Positions 63,428 through 64,000 of a stretch of DNA of 64,000 nt are shown here, piece by piece. Every line of letters starts with the position of its first letter. Position 1 is the first letter of the stretch. This stretch comes from Candidatus Polarisedimenticolia bacterium (GTDB taxonomy: Bacteria > Acidobacteriota > Polarisedimenticolia > Gp22-AA2). The stretch covers positions 5,502 to 69,501 of the forward strand of contig DASYQE010000066.1 in the NCBI GenBank assembly GCA_036005805.1, given 5' to 3'. The notes under the pieces were generated by a model. The model was not told where the DNA came from and did no database searches. It saw only the letters and a list, made by a program, of their open reading frames with translations. The position numbers were made by a program, and so were the translations under genes.

Positions 63428-64000
63428 TCAGGGCGTGCGCCGCGCCGGGACCGGCGGCGCGGGTCCACAGGCGGACTGCCGCAGCCACGGGGCCACGTCG
63501 GCCGCGACGAGGGGCGGGCAGAGATGGAAGCCTTGCGCCGAGTCGCAGCCGAGACCGCGCAGGCGATCCAGGGTCTGCTGATCCTCGACCCGCTTGGCGG
63601 CCATCCTGAGCCCCATCATGTGACCCAGGTCGACGATGGGACGGATGGTGCTGTCGTCACCCCGGGCCAGTTGCGCGGCGAGGGCCCCGTCGATCTTGAC
63701 CTCGCGGACCGGCAGACCTGCGAGATGCTGAAGCGACGCGGCGCCGGCGCCGAAGTCGTCGATGGTGAGTCCGATCCCCATGGCGCCGAGCCGCGTCGCC
63801 GTCTCGACCGCCGGGGCCGCCAGGACGCTGCTCTCCGGGAGATCCGCTTGCAACCGGCCGGGATCGAACCTCCAGACCTTCAGGAGATCCCGGGTCATGG
63901 CCGGCAGATCTGAATCCAGCAGGCTTCCCGCCGAAAGATTCACCGCGACATCGATCTCCAGACCGGCTTTCATCCAGGCCCGCGCCTGCTGCAGGGCGGA
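63428..64000 (-). CDS. EAL-domain protein, C-terminal part (gene continues beyond the window)
   Basis: EAL-domain blocks are WMKAGLEIDVAVNLSAGSL, TIDDFGAGAAS, EVKIDGAL and DSAQGF. The reading frame stays open upstream of the listed Met to position 64000 (SALQQARAW). The consensus EGVE block reads KRVE here. Confidence 0.75.
   Translation of the reverse strand, partial: SALQQARAWMKAGLEIDVAVNLSAGSLLDSDLPAMTRDLLKVWRFDPGRLQADLPESSVLAAPAVETATRLGAMGIGLTIDDFGAGAASLQHLAGLPVREVKIDGALAAQLARGDDSTIRPIVDLGHMMGLRMAAKRVEDQQTLDRLRGLGCDSAQGFHLCPPLVAADVAPWLRQSACGPAPPVPARRTP

Noticed and set aside
1-64000. Search for CRISPR arrays, transposases or integrases, inverted-repeat-bounded insertions, prophage genes, toxin-antitoxin pairs or known defence-system genes.
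   Set aside because: I found no regularly spaced repeats, no DDE, serine or tyrosine recombinase motifs, no phage structural genes and no nuclease, helicase or methylase defence signatures. The only DNA repeat noted is the in-frame Pro/Ala linker repeat in the OPX gene.

Overview
This is a very GC-rich bacterial chromosomal window. GC content was not computed, no similarity search was run, and I cannot assign a taxon. All calls rest on motifs read from the supplied translations and on start/stop geometry read from the DNA. I can support about 48 protein-coding genes. I see no rRNA, tRNA, CRISPR array, transposase or integrase.

Layout:
(1) 0.7-9.2 kb: a 2,840-aa cyclic beta-1,2-glucan synthase.
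(2) 9.3-14.5 kb: a B12/radical-SAM gene, two tandem CelD/FemAB-like acyltransferases and a DegT-like aminotransferase.
(3) 15.2-18.1 kb, minus strand: a translationally coupled operon of methyltransferase, secreted beta-helix protein and a small protein.
(4) 18.3-26.5 kb: small stress-type proteins, an OmpA-like protein, PBP1A and a CheB-CheR-PAS-histidine-kinase fusion.
(5) 26.8-51.5 kb: a co-directional array of 21 tightly packed or overlapping genes for a Wzx/Wzy-type exopolysaccharide pathway, headed by a NusG paralog. It holds several atypical passengers: two tiny membrane proteins, an M48 protease, a heparinase II/III-like protein, a lipoprotein plus di-haem CCP/MauG-like enzyme, two AsnB-like amidotransferases and an Asp-box propeller.
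(6) 51.5-58.4 kb: a divergent secreted LamG/FN3 protein, a NarL-type response regulator, an outer-membrane beta-barrel plus short AMIN-Wza (OPX) export pair, and another FemAB-like gene.
(7) 58.4-63.4 kb: superoxide dismutase, GNAT, kaiC, kaiB, kaiB and a PAS/HisKA_3 kinase, with no KaiA. This abuts a convergent, apparently degenerate EAL gene that runs off the window.

The most interesting candidates for uncharacterised biology are the GNAT-coupled, KaiA-less KaiC/KaiB/KaiB/kinase module, the radical-SAM/acyltransferase/aminotransferase cluster behind the glucan synthase, and the unusual passengers inside the NusG-paralog-led EPS operon.
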